From IMG/VR virus record IMGVR_UViG_2857776322_000004, positions 10,353 to 74,352 of that record: a DNA stretch of 64,000 bases; one strand, written 5' to 3'. Below the pieces are notes generated by a model. The model was not told where the DNA came from and did no database searches. It saw only the letters and a list, made by a program, of their open reading frames with translations. The stretch's first letter is position 1; each line of letters opens with the position of its first letter. This DNA is from a virus. The position numbers and the translations under genes are program-made. Below, piece after piece: positions 9,096 to 19,027 of the stretch.

Positions 9096-9577
9096 TGTCT
9101 CCGTTGCTGCGCTGTGACGGGCGTGAGAGCGCGGGCGTTCGGTGTTCGTCGGAGTTGGTGGCGCCGGTGTCCGCGCGCACGGCCGAGGAGGTGCGGGCGT
9201 TCGCGTCGGCGGTGGGTTCGGGCAAGCCGGACGAGGGCCTGGACTGGTGTCCCGAGTGTCGTGGGTGGCGTGTGGATTCGCTGGCGGGTGCTTCGCGTCC
9301 CGAGGTGCGTCCGCAGGAGTTGCAAGTGTTGCGGGGGATCGCCCGCGGACTGACGAACGGTCAGATCGGTAGGGAGTTGTTCATCACCGAAGAGACGGTG
9401 AAGGGCTACCTGAAACACCTGTACAAGGCGCTCGGGGTGAAGACGCGTGCAGCTGCGGTCGGGGTGGGATTCCGGGCCGGGCTGTTGACCCTCGACGACG
9501 AGGCGATCAGGCCGATGGGCTCGAAGCGCGAAGCAGGGCAGGCGTCGGTCGACGGCAGGACTCGGAGGGATTCATGA
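9083..9577 (+). CDS. LuxR-family HTH regulator
   Basis: QELQVLRGIARGLTNGQIGRELFITEETVKGYLKHLYKALGVKTRAAAV. Confidence 0.9.
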   Translation: MSVVMSPLLRCDGRESAGVRCSSELVAPVSARTAEEVRAFASAVGSGKPDEGLDWCPECRGWRVDSLAGASRPEVRPQELQVLRGIARGLTNGQIGRELFITEETVKGYLKHLYKALGVKTRAAAVGVGFRAGLLTLDDEAIRPMGSKREAGQASVDGRTRRDS

Positions 9578-10701
9578 CCGAGACCCATGGAACGGTCGAC
9601 TCCGAGGTGGCGGTACCGCACTACGAGAAGTGGTCGACGGTGCCCCGATATTTGCTCACCCGTACCCAGCACGCCGAACTGGACCTGCCGCGCACCCCCT
9701 CCGGTCGGGTCGCTGCGAGGGTCACAGGGAAGGACTTCAAGGGCAAGCGAGCGACGTTCGATTTGTTCGACGTTCGAGAGTCGACGCCTACCCGCACCGG
9801 GGTGGCGAGGCTCCTGGCCTCCGATCCGGCGCTGTACACCTGCGGCCACTGCGGCGCCCACGACGAACGACCCACGAATGCCCGCCTGTACGGCAGTCCA
9901 CTGCTGTGTTCGACGTGTTTCGACGCCGACAGGATCGCCGTCGCCCAGCAGCGGGCCCGCAATACCCGCGCGGACCAGACGACGTGGGCCCGCAAGGTGT
10001 TGGCAGATCCGTCGGCGGTCTGGGTCCACGTGCACAAGGAACCCCGGGTGCGGGCCGGTGACGGTGGTCCGAGGTGCCCGGTGTGGACGGTGACGGCCGT
10101 CGATGCCACGAGGGCCTGGGTGCTGCGGATGGTTGTGCGCCCGAATGGCGCCCGGGCGGCGAATGCTCCTGCGAGCGCCGTTGACGAGGCCACTGCGGCG
10201 AAGCGGATCGCGCGCAAGTTGGGCGGCCGTCGGATCGTCGCGTGGGACTACGCGCACGCCGAACCCCTGATCCGGTGGGCAAAACAAGGCGGCCGGCCCG
10301 TGGTTCACGACTTTCGCGATGCGCTCCACGATCGCCTTGTTGGGTGGCGCGGTCTTGTCGATCGCAGAGGCCACGTCGTTCACACCTGCGTGTCACCGGG
10401 CCGGGCGGACCGTCTCCTGGTGGCGACCGTCCGCATGGCGGAGATCACCAGCGCCGCCGACGACCACCGGGCCCTCCTCGTCGCCGACCCGGGAGCGACC
10501 GTCGTCGACATCGCCGGCCGCCCCGAAAGCGCCTTGCGGCTGCACGCGATCCTGCGGGCGGTCGGTGTGGTCGTCGGCGACGCCGAGCCCACGCTCGTCG
10601 AGGTACCCGACGCGGGGGGCATGGTCCGCTTGCGGATCCTGTGCCACCGCGACGGTGTGGTTCGTACCGGGCCCCTCGGCGACGCCACTGAGGATGCCTG
10701 A
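9574..10701 (+). CDS. hypothetical protein (Zn ribbon, possibly degenerate exonuclease-like C-terminus)
   Basis: CGHCG..CSTC; coupled start. Confidence 0.7.
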   Translation: MTETHGTVDSEVAVPHYEKWSTVPRYLLTRTQHAELDLPRTPSGRVAARVTGKDFKGKRATFDLFDVRESTPTRTGVARLLASDPALYTCGHCGAHDERPTNARLYGSPLLCSTCFDADRIAVAQQRARNTRADQTTWARKVLADPSAVWVHVHKEPRVRAGDGGPRCPVWTVTAVDATRAWVLRMVVRPNGARAANAPASAVDEATAAKRIARKLGGRRIVAWDYAHAEPLIRWAKQGGRPVVHDFRDALHDRLVGWRGLVDRRGHVVHTCVSPGRADRLLVATVRMAEITSAADDHRALLVADPGATVVDIAGRPESALRLHAILRAVGVVVGDAEPTLVEVPDAGGMVRLRILCHRDGVVRTGPLGDATEDA

Positions 10702-10970
10702 TGGCCCGCACACCCGACGGCCGCCTCCGCACGCCCACCCCGGCGGAACTCAACCTCACCGACGTCGTGTCCGACGCCATCGCACGTGTCGCCGACGACC
10801 CCGACCACGAGGGCGACCCGTTCTGGCTCGCCGTCGCCGCCGTCTCCGCAGTCGTCGACCAGGGGTGGACACCCCCGCCGCCTGGATGGATCCCGCCCGC
10901 CAGGCCCGACATGCGCGGGCAGGGCGACCTGCTGACCGCCCCCACGCCCACCACCGGGAGCACACCGTGA
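10701..10970 (+). CDS. hypothetical protein
   Basis: TGATG coupling, codon bias. Confidence 0.7.
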   Translation: MARTPDGRLRTPTPAELNLTDVVSDAIARVADDPDHEGDPFWLAVAAVSAVVDQGWTPPPPGWIPPARPDMRGQGDLLTAPTPTTGSTP

Positions 10971-11758
10971 CCGACCAGCCGTACACCCAGGAGGACCTCC
11001 TCGCCGAGGCCACACGCCGGCGCCGCGACCGCACCACCTGGGACCTCGTCGACACCGTCATCCCCAGCACCGGCCTGTCCTGGGCGCACCTGTGCACGAA
11101 GGACTACTCGATCGCCGACGAGGAGATCCGCCGCCTCGTCCGGGGCGCCCCCGACCTGTCCGAGTGGGCGGTCGCCATGGGCGGCGACGGACTCCAGCCG
11201 TCCACCCACACGCTCAGCCTCCTCGGCGACGGCAAACACCCCTTTGGGCGGCTCCACTTCGCGTTCGAGGCGGACATGCCCGAGGACGCCCGCCGGGCCC
11301 TGATCGTTCTCGTCGGCGAAGCCCTCCAGGATGCCCTCGCCCAGAGGGTCCCGACCCGACTCACCACACACGGCCGCAGCCCGGCCGACAACCTGACGGA
11401 GCCCCAGCCGATGCCCGACCCCGAGCCTCCTGCCGACACCATCCGCCGGGCCGCCGACCTCATGCGCACCCGGGCTGCCGCAGCAACCCGCGGACCCTGG
11501 CTGTCCATGGATGGCGGCGACCGTCTCGTTCACGACCCCGGCCACGACTACGACCCGCCGGAGTACGTCGTCGACGAGCCGATGTCCTCGGCGGCGAATG
11601 CGGAGCACATTGCCGCGCTGCACCCGCTCGTCGCGGTCGCCATGGCGAACGTCCTGGAGCAGTTGGCCCGCAGCATCGACGAGTGCGACTTCTACGGCAC
11701 GCCCGCTTCGGCGCTCGCCCTCGAGCTGGCGTACACCTACCTGGGGAGGGAGGCGTGA
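10967..11758 (+). CDS. two-domain hypothetical protein (5254 paralog + ATRGPW..AEHIA Ead/Ea22-like domain)
   Basis: GTGA coupling; internal paralogy. Confidence 0.75.
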   Translation: MTDQPYTQEDLLAEATRRRRDRTTWDLVDTVIPSTGLSWAHLCTKDYSIADEEIRRLVRGAPDLSEWAVAMGGDGLQPSTHTLSLLGDGKHPFGRLHFAFEADMPEDARRALIVLVGEALQDALAQRVPTRLTTHGRSPADNLTEPQPMPDPEPPADTIRRAADLMRTRAAAATRGPWLSMDGGDRLVHDPGHDYDPPEYVVDEPMSSAANAEHIAALHPLVAVAMANVLEQLARSIDECDFYGTPASALALELAYTYLGREA

Positions 11759-12075
11759 CCGAACCCACTGCGGCGCCGATTGACCCGGGCGCGCTCCGGG
11801 CCGCCATCGACACCCTCAACGGTCCCTGCCGCACGAAGACCGATCTCGACGCCTCAGTGGCCGCCATCGACGTGCTCGACGGCGCCATGCCCACCGTCCT
11901 CGACCTGGTCGACCGGCTCACGGCCGAACGGGACCAGAAGGCCGCCGCTCTCGCCCGGGTTCTCGCCGAGTACGACGCGAGCTGGGCCGCAGCCGACTGC
12001 TACGGCGACGGTGACGTCGCGACCCGTGACCTCGTTGCCCGCATCCGCGCCGCCATCGAGGAGCCGACCCAGTGA
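11755..12075 (+). CDS. hypothetical protein
   Basis: GTGA coupling, RBS GGGAGG. Confidence 0.7.
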   Translation: MTEPTAAPIDPGALRAAIDTLNGPCRTKTDLDASVAAIDVLDGAMPTVLDLVDRLTAERDQKAAALARVLAEYDASWAAADCYGDGDVATRDLVARIRAAIEEPTQ

Positions 12076-12320
12076 CCGACCGCATCGACGTGTACGACGG
12101 CCTGCTGAACGCCGGCTGGACCGAGAACTCCGAGGGCCACCTGCGCTTCGGCCGGGCCCTGTGGAGCCTGCTCGACGACGACGGCGAGTGCACGGTCGCG
12201 GTCGGCGGCGCCGCCCACGCCCCGGGGTGGAGTGTGTGGTTCCCGGCCGAGGTGCCCGACGCGATCGTTCTGGGAGTGGCCCGGGCTGCGATCGAACTGG
12301 CCAAGGCGGCGGGCCGATGA
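12072..12320 (+). CDS. hypothetical protein
   Basis: GTGA coupling. Confidence 0.7.
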   Translation: MTDRIDVYDGLLNAGWTENSEGHLRFGRALWSLLDDDGECTVAVGGAAHAPGWSVWFPAEVPDAIVLGVARAAIELAKAAGR

Positions 12321-13570
12321 CCGACCAGCCGAGCACCGAGCCGCTCGACCTCGACGCGATCCGGGCCGACCTGGCCGTCGTGACCTCGCGGATCCAACCG
12401 GACGGGATCGTCGAGTGGTTCGCAGCGAAAGCCCGCCTCGCGACCCACGTGTCCGCGCTGCTGGCCGCACTCGCCGACGCCGAACGGCGCGTCGCCCTCG
12501 CACAGCGCATCGCCCACCGCGACGACTACGACCTCGACGTCGACCTACCCGGCGTGATCGGCGACGGCCTGTGCGGGATCGACTGGGACGGCGACGACCA
12601 CCCGCCGCAGTGGCTGGTCGATCGGGTCGTCGGGATCGTCCGGCCGCACCTGGCTCGGGCGACGGAGCGAGCCGAGTGGCGGGGGCTGGCGTGGCGGTCG
12701 GCCCGGGAGCGGGCCGTGCGGCTGCGGGCGGGGCTCGCCGAGGCCCGCGACGCCATGGACGAGGCGAGCAGCGCTCTGCTCCGCGCGGACGCGGTGGTCC
12801 TCGACGCGCGGGCCTGCATGCAGCGGCGGGCGGCCGACGAGGTGGATGCGCGGGCCGAGGGCCGGCAACTCCGGGCCGCACTCGCCGAGCGGGACGCCGA
12901 GATCGAGCGCCTGCGCACCACCGCCGTCGTGATCGGCCCCGGCCTGGGCGCCCTGACGGCGGACCTCGCCGGACGCGTGGCGGCGGAGATCGGACGCCGA
13001 GACGAGGCGGACGCGGATCCCGGGCGTGGGATGCCCACGCGGGGCGACTGGCGGCTGGCGCGGGACCGGACCCGGGCGGCCGAGCATGCGGCCGAGCGGC
13101 TGGAGGCCGAGCGGGACGAGGCGTGGGCCGACGCTGCCCGGCTGCGGTCGGCGTGGCGGTCCGCCTGGCGGGGCCGGCACGAGCTGCGGGCCGAGCACCG
13201 CGACGCCGTGGCCGTGGCCCGGTGGGCAGTCGCCGAGAACTACGCGCTCAAGCGCGCCGTGGGCTGGATGCGCGTCACCGACAAGCTCCCGGCCGCCGAG
13301 CCGCCGCTGTACCCGCCGATCGTCGAGTGGGTCGTCCAGGCCCACGAGCCGTGGAGCCGGTATGCAGCGGCGGACGGCTGGGTCAAGGACGGGGCGCCCT
13401 ATGCCACCCGGGAGGAAGCCCACGCTCGGGCTACCCGGTGGCGTGCGCGCCCGGGTTCACCGGCGGTGCGGGTGCTCCGGGTGGAGTCGACGCACTGGCT
13501 CGATGGCCCACGCGCCCCCGAGAGCCCCGCAGACGCGCCCGACCCGTCCAACGACTCATGCCCGACATGA
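12317..13570 (+). CDS. coiled-coil-rich hypothetical protein
   Basis: ATGA coupling; Ala/Arg/Glu heptad-like stretches. Confidence 0.7.
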   Translation: MTDQPSTEPLDLDAIRADLAVVTSRIQPDGIVEWFAAKARLATHVSALLAALADAERRVALAQRIAHRDDYDLDVDLPGVIGDGLCGIDWDGDDHPPQWLVDRVVGIVRPHLARATERAEWRGLAWRSARERAVRLRAGLAEARDAMDEASSALLRADAVVLDARACMQRRAADEVDARAEGRQLRAALAERDAEIERLRTTAVVIGPGLGALTADLAGRVAAEIGRRDEADADPGRGMPTRGDWRLARDRTRAAEHAAERLEAERDEAWADAARLRSAWRSAWRGRHELRAEHRDAVAVARWAVAENYALKRAVGWMRVTDKLPAAEPPLYPPIVEWVVQAHEPWSRYAAADGWVKDGAPYATREEAHARATRWRARPGSPAVRVLRVESTHWLDGPRAPESPADAPDPSNDSCPT

Positions 13571-13595
13571 AAACCACACGGACCGGAGGAACTGC

Positions 13596-13829
13596 ATGCC
13601 GAAGTACACGCTCCACCTCACGACTTGGGCCTCGACCTCAATCGACTTCGAGACCGACCTCACCGACCCGGCCGAGATCGAGGCTGCCTTCTGGGAGTCC
13701 AACCCGGACACGCCCAGCATCTGCGCGCAGTGCTCCGGCTGGGGGCGCGACACCAATCTCGAACTCGGCGACGAGTGGGAGATCGCCACGAATGACGACG
13801 TTCCGCTGATCGAGCCGGCGGACTCCTGA
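13596..13829 (+). CDS. hypothetical protein
   Basis: RBS GGAGG; acidic with CxxC. Confidence 0.75.
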   Translation: MPKYTLHLTTWASTSIDFETDLTDPAEIEAAFWESNPDTPSICAQCSGWGRDTNLELGDEWEIATNDDVPLIEPADS

Positions 13830-13948
13830 GCCGACGACAGGACCCAGCGGGCGGCGGAGGACGCCCGGCGCCCGCTGAGCCCGCAGACGGGCACACAGCC
13901 ACACGCACGGGCCAACCACGGCCCGGCCGACGACAGGAGACAGCACCG

Positions 13949-14179
13949 ATGACCGAGACCTGCGAGACCTGCACCAACCCCGAGATCTGCGAGCACTGCG
14001 ACGGCGATGGAGCACCAGGGTGCTCCTGCGAGGGGGGCTACATCGTCCCGACCCACTGCTGCGACTGCGGCCAGAACGAATACCAATGCGTCTGCTGCCC
14101 CGGGCGGCACCCCGACGTCGGCACCTGCGACTGCGCGCTGACCGTCACCCGCGCCGACGGCACCACGTTCATCGTCTGA
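13949..14179 (+). CDS. Cys-rich hypothetical protein
   Basis: RBS AGGAG; multiple CxxC. Confidence 0.7.
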   Translation: MTETCETCTNPEICEHCDGDGAPGCSCEGGYIVPTHCCDCGQNEYQCVCCPGRHPDVGTCDCALTVTRADGTTFIV

Positions 14180-14187
14180 CCTGCGCA

Positions 14188-14214
14188 GCCCGCCCCGCTG
14201 AACTCGGGGCGGGC
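14188..14214 (+). terminator. 10-bp GC hairpin after gene
   Basis: GCCCGCCCCG-ctgaact-CGGGGCGGGC. Confidence 0.45.
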
Positions 14215-14258
14215 CCGCACAGACCCTACCCACCAGCAGCCGACAGGAGACGCCACCG

Positions 14259-14462
14259 ATGACCACACCCACCACCGCCGGCCAGTGGAACGCGCTCCAC
14301 CCCGTCGGCACACCCGTCCACGCCTGGCCCGGATGCCGCGACGCCGAGCCCATGACCACCCGCACCCGCACGCCCGCCTGGACCCTCGGGCACGGCGCCC
14401 CCGTCGTCTCCGTCGAGGGCTACCCGGGCGGCATCAGCCTCACCCACATCGAACCCGCCTGA
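14259..14462 (+). CDS. hypothetical protein
   Basis: RBS AGGAG; WNALHPVGTPV..TRTPAWTLG. Confidence 0.75.
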   Translation: MTTPTTAGQWNALHPVGTPVHAWPGCRDAEPMTTRTRTPAWTLGHGAPVVSVEGYPGGISLTHIEPA

Positions 14463-14501
14463 CCTGCGCAGACCGTACCCACCAGCACGAAGGAGGCCCT
14501 C

Positions 14502-14816
14502 ATGGGCTGGAGTTCAGCAGGCCACATCTTCGACCCCGTCGCCCGCGCGCTCATCGACACCGGAGTCGACGGACCCACCAAACGCAAAGTCCTCGGCGAC
14601 CTGATCAAGAGGCTCCAGGACGGCGACTGGGACACCGAGGACGAATCGCTCGAGCAGTTCCTCGACGACCCCGACGTCGTCGCCGCGTTCGCCGACCACG
14701 GCATCCGCATGCAGGTCGACCCGGAAGCCGAACTCGCCGCCGCACGGGCCGAGATTGACGAGCTGCGCGGCCGCGTCGCCGAGCTGGAGCACCAGCTCGC
14801 CACCCGCGGCACCTGA
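14502..14816 (+). CDS. hypothetical protein
   Basis: RBS AGGAGG; MGWSSAG.IFDPVA..DWDTEDESL. Confidence 0.75.
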   Translation: MGWSSAGHIFDPVARALIDTGVDGPTKRKVLGDLIKRLQDGDWDTEDESLEQFLDDPDVVAAFADHGIRMQVDPEAELAAARAEIDELRGRVAELEHQLATRGT

Positions 14817-14868
14817 CCCAACCACCCGGCCGGGGCCACGCGCCCCGGCCCCACCACCGGAGACCACC

Positions 14869-15102
14869 ATGACCCGCCGCGAGTACACCGTCCGCACGGT
14901 CGAGCACGCCATCGACGCCCGGCCACCCTGGGGCGCGACGTTCAGCGAAATCAGCAAGGCCCTTCGGTCCATCGAGACCGAATACCGCCAACTGCACGGC
15001 CTGACCGCCGACGCGTCCATCCCCGACGACGCCCTCACGATGTTCCCCGGCGACGACGAGCTGATCATCCGTTTCACGATCAAGGAGGCGGCGACGCGAT
15101 GA
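14869..15102 (+). CDS. hypothetical protein
   Basis: RBS GGAG; codon bias. Confidence 0.7.
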   Translation: MTRREYTVRTVEHAIDARPPWGATFSEISKALRSIETEYRQLHGLTADASIPDDALTMFPGDDELIIRFTIKEAATR

Positions 15103-15413
15103 CCGAGCCCACCGTCCGCACCACCCGCCACGAGGTGTCGCTCCTGCCCGAAGGCGACATCAACGCCTACGCGTTCGCCGTCGAGGTCACCCGCAACCGA
15201 CGCGGGACCTGGTCCGTGCTGAACGGCGGCCACTGTCTCGCGGACGGCGCCCCCGGTCACCCGGACGGAGGCCGCTGCCACATCGACCACCGCTACGACG
15301 AAGACACCGCCATCGAACTCGCCAAACGCATCGCGCCGCACGTCACCGTCATGGGGCTCACCGTCGCCGAGGCACTCGCCCGCGGCCAGGCCGAGGAGGC
15401 CGACCCGATATGA
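15099..15413 (+). CDS. hypothetical protein
   Basis: ATGA coupling. Confidence 0.7.
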   Translation: MTEPTVRTTRHEVSLLPEGDINAYAFAVEVTRNRRGTWSVLNGGHCLADGAPGHPDGGRCHIDHRYDEDTAIELAKRIAPHVTVMGLTVAEALARGQAEEADPI

Positions 15414-15973
15414 CCGAGCCCACCACCGACCCGTCACCCCGCGCCTGCCCCTGCGCCATCGGGTGCTGCCCCATTCACACCCAGGCCGCACCCGTCGTCC
15501 ACGAGCCCACCTGCATCTGCCCTCTCGACATGGCGAATTGCCCGGTCCACACGCGGTCCGCGTCCGTGACTTTCGCAATCACACCCGAGCACATGCCCAT
15601 GATCCGGCTCCTCCTCGGGCGGCACACCGCCGACACGATCACCGACGACGCGCTCGACGCCCTGTACGCCGAGCGCGACCAACTCGCCGCCGCCGTGCAG
15701 CGCGTGCGGGACCTCGTCGCCGACATGCGGACCTGGCACACCCCCCGCGACATCGGCGTCAACTACGCCGACCGCATCCGGGCGGCACTCGACACCGACA
15801 GGCCGCTCGACCAACTGCGTCCGGACCCCCGGTTCAGCGGCGCGATCGGCCTGTTCGGCGCGATCAACGTTCCGATGCCGATGACCGCCGAGGAGTACGC
15901 CGGGATCGACGCGATGACGAAACGCCTCGCCCAGAAGGCGTGGGACGCCCTCGACAACCAGGAGCCGAAGTGA
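15410..15973 (+). CDS. hypothetical protein
   Basis: ATGA coupling. Confidence 0.65.
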   Translation: MTEPTTDPSPRACPCAIGCCPIHTQAAPVVHEPTCICPLDMANCPVHTRSASVTFAITPEHMPMIRLLLGRHTADTITDDALDALYAERDQLAAAVQRVRDLVADMRTWHTPRDIGVNYADRIRAALDTDRPLDQLRPDPRFSGAIGLFGAINVPMPMTAEEYAGIDAMTKRLAQKAWDALDNQEPK

Positions 15974-16305
15974 CCACCCAGGACCGACGGAACGCCATCG
16001 ACAGCCTCGACGTTGCACAACGACTGATCCACGAAGTTCCCGACCGGCCCATCCCCAGCGACCAAGCCACCGCCTTGTTCACCCGGGTCCAGGCATTCAT
16101 CCAGGCCGCCGCCGTGCACGCTCTCCTGGACATCGCCGACTCCATCCGCGAGACCTACGCCCGAGCCGCCACCCCGGCCCCGCAAGCGACTGGCGGCCTC
16201 ACCTGCGTCCACTGCGGTGCCGACTGCTCCTGCGGCTGGACCACGGACGACACCCCCAGGTTCGCGTGCCACCCGTCCTGCCCGCTGCCGCCCGCAGTGC
16301 CCTGA
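15970..16305 (+). CDS. hypothetical protein
   Basis: GTGA coupling. Confidence 0.65.
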   Translation: MTTQDRRNAIDSLDVAQRLIHEVPDRPIPSDQATALFTRVQAFIQAAAVHALLDIADSIRETYARAATPAPQATGGLTCVHCGADCSCGWTTDDTPRFACHPSCPLPPAVP

Positions 16306-16471
16306 CGCGCCGAGGGCCCGCGCTCGACCAGGGGAGTCCGGGAGCACGGGCCCATCGCCGGCCAGGGGGTGGGCCGGATCAGGGACGCTACGCCCGACCT
16401 GCGACAACCTCCATAGATAGATCATTTCGAGACCGGAACGAAACCGGACAGACATTACCCAGGAGGCGCCA

Positions 16472-16696
16472 ATGCCGCCACTCCGCTACGGCTACACCGG
16501 CCTCGCGCCCTACAGCACGGACATCCCGCCATGTCCCAAATGCGGCCACACGCACACAGCCACGACCTACCGGACCGTCGGCGACTGCGATCACGAGAAC
16601 ATCGGCACCCTCGTGGGCGACTTCCCCAACGAGCGCTTGTGCCGGAGATGCACGAACTGCGGCTACGGCTGGGACGAGAAAACGCTGGACACCTAA
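16472..16696 (+). CDS. small Zn-ribbon protein
   Basis: RBS AGGAGG; CPKCG..CRRCTNCGYGWDE. Confidence 0.7.
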   Translation: MPPLRYGYTGLAPYSTDIPPCPKCGHTHTATTYRTVGDCDHENIGTLVGDFPNERLCRRCTNCGYGWDEKTLDT

Positions 16697-16978
16697 CACG
16701 GCGGCGGCCCCGGTCACCCGAGGGTCGCACGGTCCCGCCTCACACCCCGGACCGTACCGCCCAGGGAGCGCACCCCCCGCCCCACCACGGCGATCGGCAA
16801 CGAAGTGAAGGCCGTCGTTGGGCCGGCGACCCCCTCCGGACGGGACCGGCGCAGGGCGAGCGAGACGACGACGTTCACGCGCGGATCCACCGTGGGCTTC
16901 GTGTCGGTCGGGTGGCCGAGCCTGACCACAACTCCGGGTTCTAGCCCGGTCATCGAAATCACAGGGAGGCCATAGGAC

Positions 16979-17535
16979 ATGGCAGGCGAAACCGTCATCA
17001 CCATTGTTGGAAATCTGACCGCCGATGTGGAATTGCGCTTTACCCCCTCCGGTGCGGCCGTCGCGAGCTTCACCGTGGCGTCCACGCCGCGCACGTTCGA
17101 CCGTCAGACGAACGAGTGGAAGGACGGCGAAGCGCTGTTCCTCCGCTGTTCGGCCTGGAAGCAGTTGGCCGAGAACGTGGCGGAATCCCTCCAGCGCGGC
17201 ACGGGCGTCATCGTCCAGGGCCGGCTGAAGCAGCGGTCCTACGAGACCAAAGAGGGCGAGAAGCGCACCGTCGTGGAGCTCGAGGTCGACGAGATCGGCC
17301 CGACCCTGAAGTGGGCGACCGCCAAGGTCACCAAGGCGAGCCGCGGTGGCGGCGGCCAGGGTGGTTACGGCGGCGGTCAGCAGGGCGGCGGCTACGGCGG
17401 TCGTCCCCAGCAGGGCGGTGGCGCACCCGCCGACGACCCGTGGGCAACCCCCGCAGGGGGCGGCCAGCAGCAGGGCGGCGGCGCGGGGGTTGGGGTCCCC
17501 CGCCGGGCGGCTACGCGGACGAACCTCCGTTCTGA
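16979..17535 (+). CDS. ssb: single-stranded DNA-binding protein (one-base frameshift at G-run 17485-17489)
   Basis: [26 protein letters not shown] fold; Gly-rich linker; acidic tail YADEPPF* is in the -1 frame. Confidence 0.93.
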
Positions 17536-17546
17536 GCAGGAGTTCC

Positions 17547-17572
17547 GGAGGGGCGGCGCGCGCCGCCCCTCC
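17547..17572 (+). terminator. 26-bp perfect palindrome after ssb
   Basis: GGAGGGGCGGCGCGCGCCGCCCCTCC. Confidence 0.55.
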
Positions 17573-17597
17573 TCGATCCGATCGAAGGAGAGCATCG

Positions 17598-17942
17598 GTG
17601 ACCAAGCATCTGGTGTTGGAGAAGAAGGCCCAGCCCGACGAGACCGTGCGTTGCGGTCCGATGGCGCTCACCCCGCACGTTCGGGAGGACTATTGGATGT
17701 TCCGCGTGCGGCTGACTGCCGAGCAGGCGGTCGTCGCGTTCCCGAAGTTCCGTACCGTGGGTATCGGTTTCGCGGTCGAGACCGACTGGAACACGAACCT
17801 CCCGTATACCTGCGACGCCGTGAAGATCTACGAGCACATCGCGCACAACGTGGGGGACGATTCGATCACCCGCGAGGACTGCGTCGCGGCGATCCGCCTG
17901 CTCCAGGACGCCATCGAGGCTGGCGTCGCGGGCGCCGTATGA
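17598..17942 (+). CDS. hypothetical protein
   Basis: RBS AAGGAG; [23 protein letters not shown]. Confidence 0.75.
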   Translation: MTKHLVLEKKAQPDETVRCGPMALTPHVREDYWMFRVRLTAEQAVVAFPKFRTVGIGFAVETDWNTNLPYTCDAVKIYEHIAHNVGDDSITREDCVAAIRLLQDAIEAGVAGAV

Positions 17943-18322
17943 TGCCCGACGACTACGACGCCCTGGAGGCGCAGGCCGTCGACGAGCCGGCGTTCTCGAA
18001 CTCCGACGAGGGCTACGCCTGGATCGATGCGAACTGCGCGATCTGCGTGCACGAACTTCCCCCACGCGAGCGCCGAGACGGCGACGGCTGCCCCCTGATC
18101 CTCATCGCCTTGCTCGGCAAGCGGCCCCGACAGTGGTCCGACGGGCCACGCACGCCCGAGGGCCGCTACGCCATGGCGACGCAGTACGTGTGCAGCGAAC
18201 AGCGCGACGAGCCTGCGGCGGACGAGCTGCGCCCGGTCCCGGTGATGGCCGGCCAGGGAGAACTTCTGCCTTGCGAGTCCGCAGCGCCGCGCCGTCCGGT
18301 CCGGGACGGAGGTTCGTCGTGA
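17939..18322 (+). CDS. hypothetical Cys-containing protein
   Basis: ATGA coupling; [22 protein letters not shown]. Confidence 0.7.
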   Translation: MMPDDYDALEAQAVDEPAFSNSDEGYAWIDANCAICVHELPPRERRDGDGCPLILIALLGKRPRQWSDGPRTPEGRYAMATQYVCSEQRDEPAADELRPVPVMAGQGELLPCESAAPRRPVRDGGSS

Positions 18323-18537
18323 GCCTGCTCGTGTACGCCGTGGAAGCCGGACCCGATTCGACCTCGGTTGGTGACGACCTCGTCCACGCGTTCTGCTGCG
18401 ATCCGGACCTCGGCCTGTGCGGCGAGGACCTGAGTGGTACGTCCTGGGCCGCGGACGACGACATCGATTGCGTTGTGTGCGCCGACCTGGAGGAGGCGGG
18501 GTGGCCGTGCGATCCGGACTGCCCGAGGGTGTCGTGA
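18319..18537 (+). CDS. Cys-rich hypothetical protein
   Basis: GTGA coupling. Confidence 0.6.
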   Translation: MSLLVYAVEAGPDSTSVGDDLVHAFCCDPDLGLCGEDLSGTSWAADDDIDCVVCADLEEAGWPCDPDCPRVS

Positions 18538-19027
18538 CGCCGGGCCGGGACCTCGGCGCAGTACGTGTGATCGTGATGGGAGGCCGCGACTACGAGGAAT
18601 GCGACGTCGTGATCCGCGGCCTCGTGCGCCTGCGATACGCCCATCCCGGGGCGACGTTGGTGGTCGTACAGGGGGAGTGTCCCACCGGGGCGGACCGTTG
18701 CGCCCGCACGTTCGTGACGCAGGCCCGCGCACGGTTCGGCTGGGACGTGGAAGGTGATCCGTTCCCGGCGGACTGGGACTCGTGCGGCGACGACTGCCCG
18801 ACGCGACCGCATCGGGTGCGCCGCCACCCCCGGGACGTCGTGCACCCGGGTGTGCTCCCCACGTACTGCCCGGGGGCCGGGCCGCGAAGGAACGCGCTGA
18901 TGGTCGCGGCCGGCGCCGACATTGCACACGCCTACCCCACGGCGAGGTCGCGCGGGACCTACAACTGCATGCGTCTCGCGAGCGCGGCGGGCATCCGGGT
19001 GGAGAAGTTCGCGGGGCCCGGCGGTGA
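18534..19027 (+). CDS. SLOG (YspA/DUF2493-like) protein; end inferred after one-base correction
   Basis: RVIVMGGRDY..VVQGECPTGAD..AGPRRN..MV..GT..CM..A..AGI; one extra G at 19013-16 gives TGA overlapping next GTG. Confidence 0.7.

Noticed and set aside
16411-16420. CCATAGATAG shared with 34066-34075
   Set aside because: A single 10-bp match with no shared flanks; chance is not excluded.
16979-18322. 447-aa SSB fusion protein
   Set aside because: An artefact of the G-run frameshift joining ssb to the 17939 gene.
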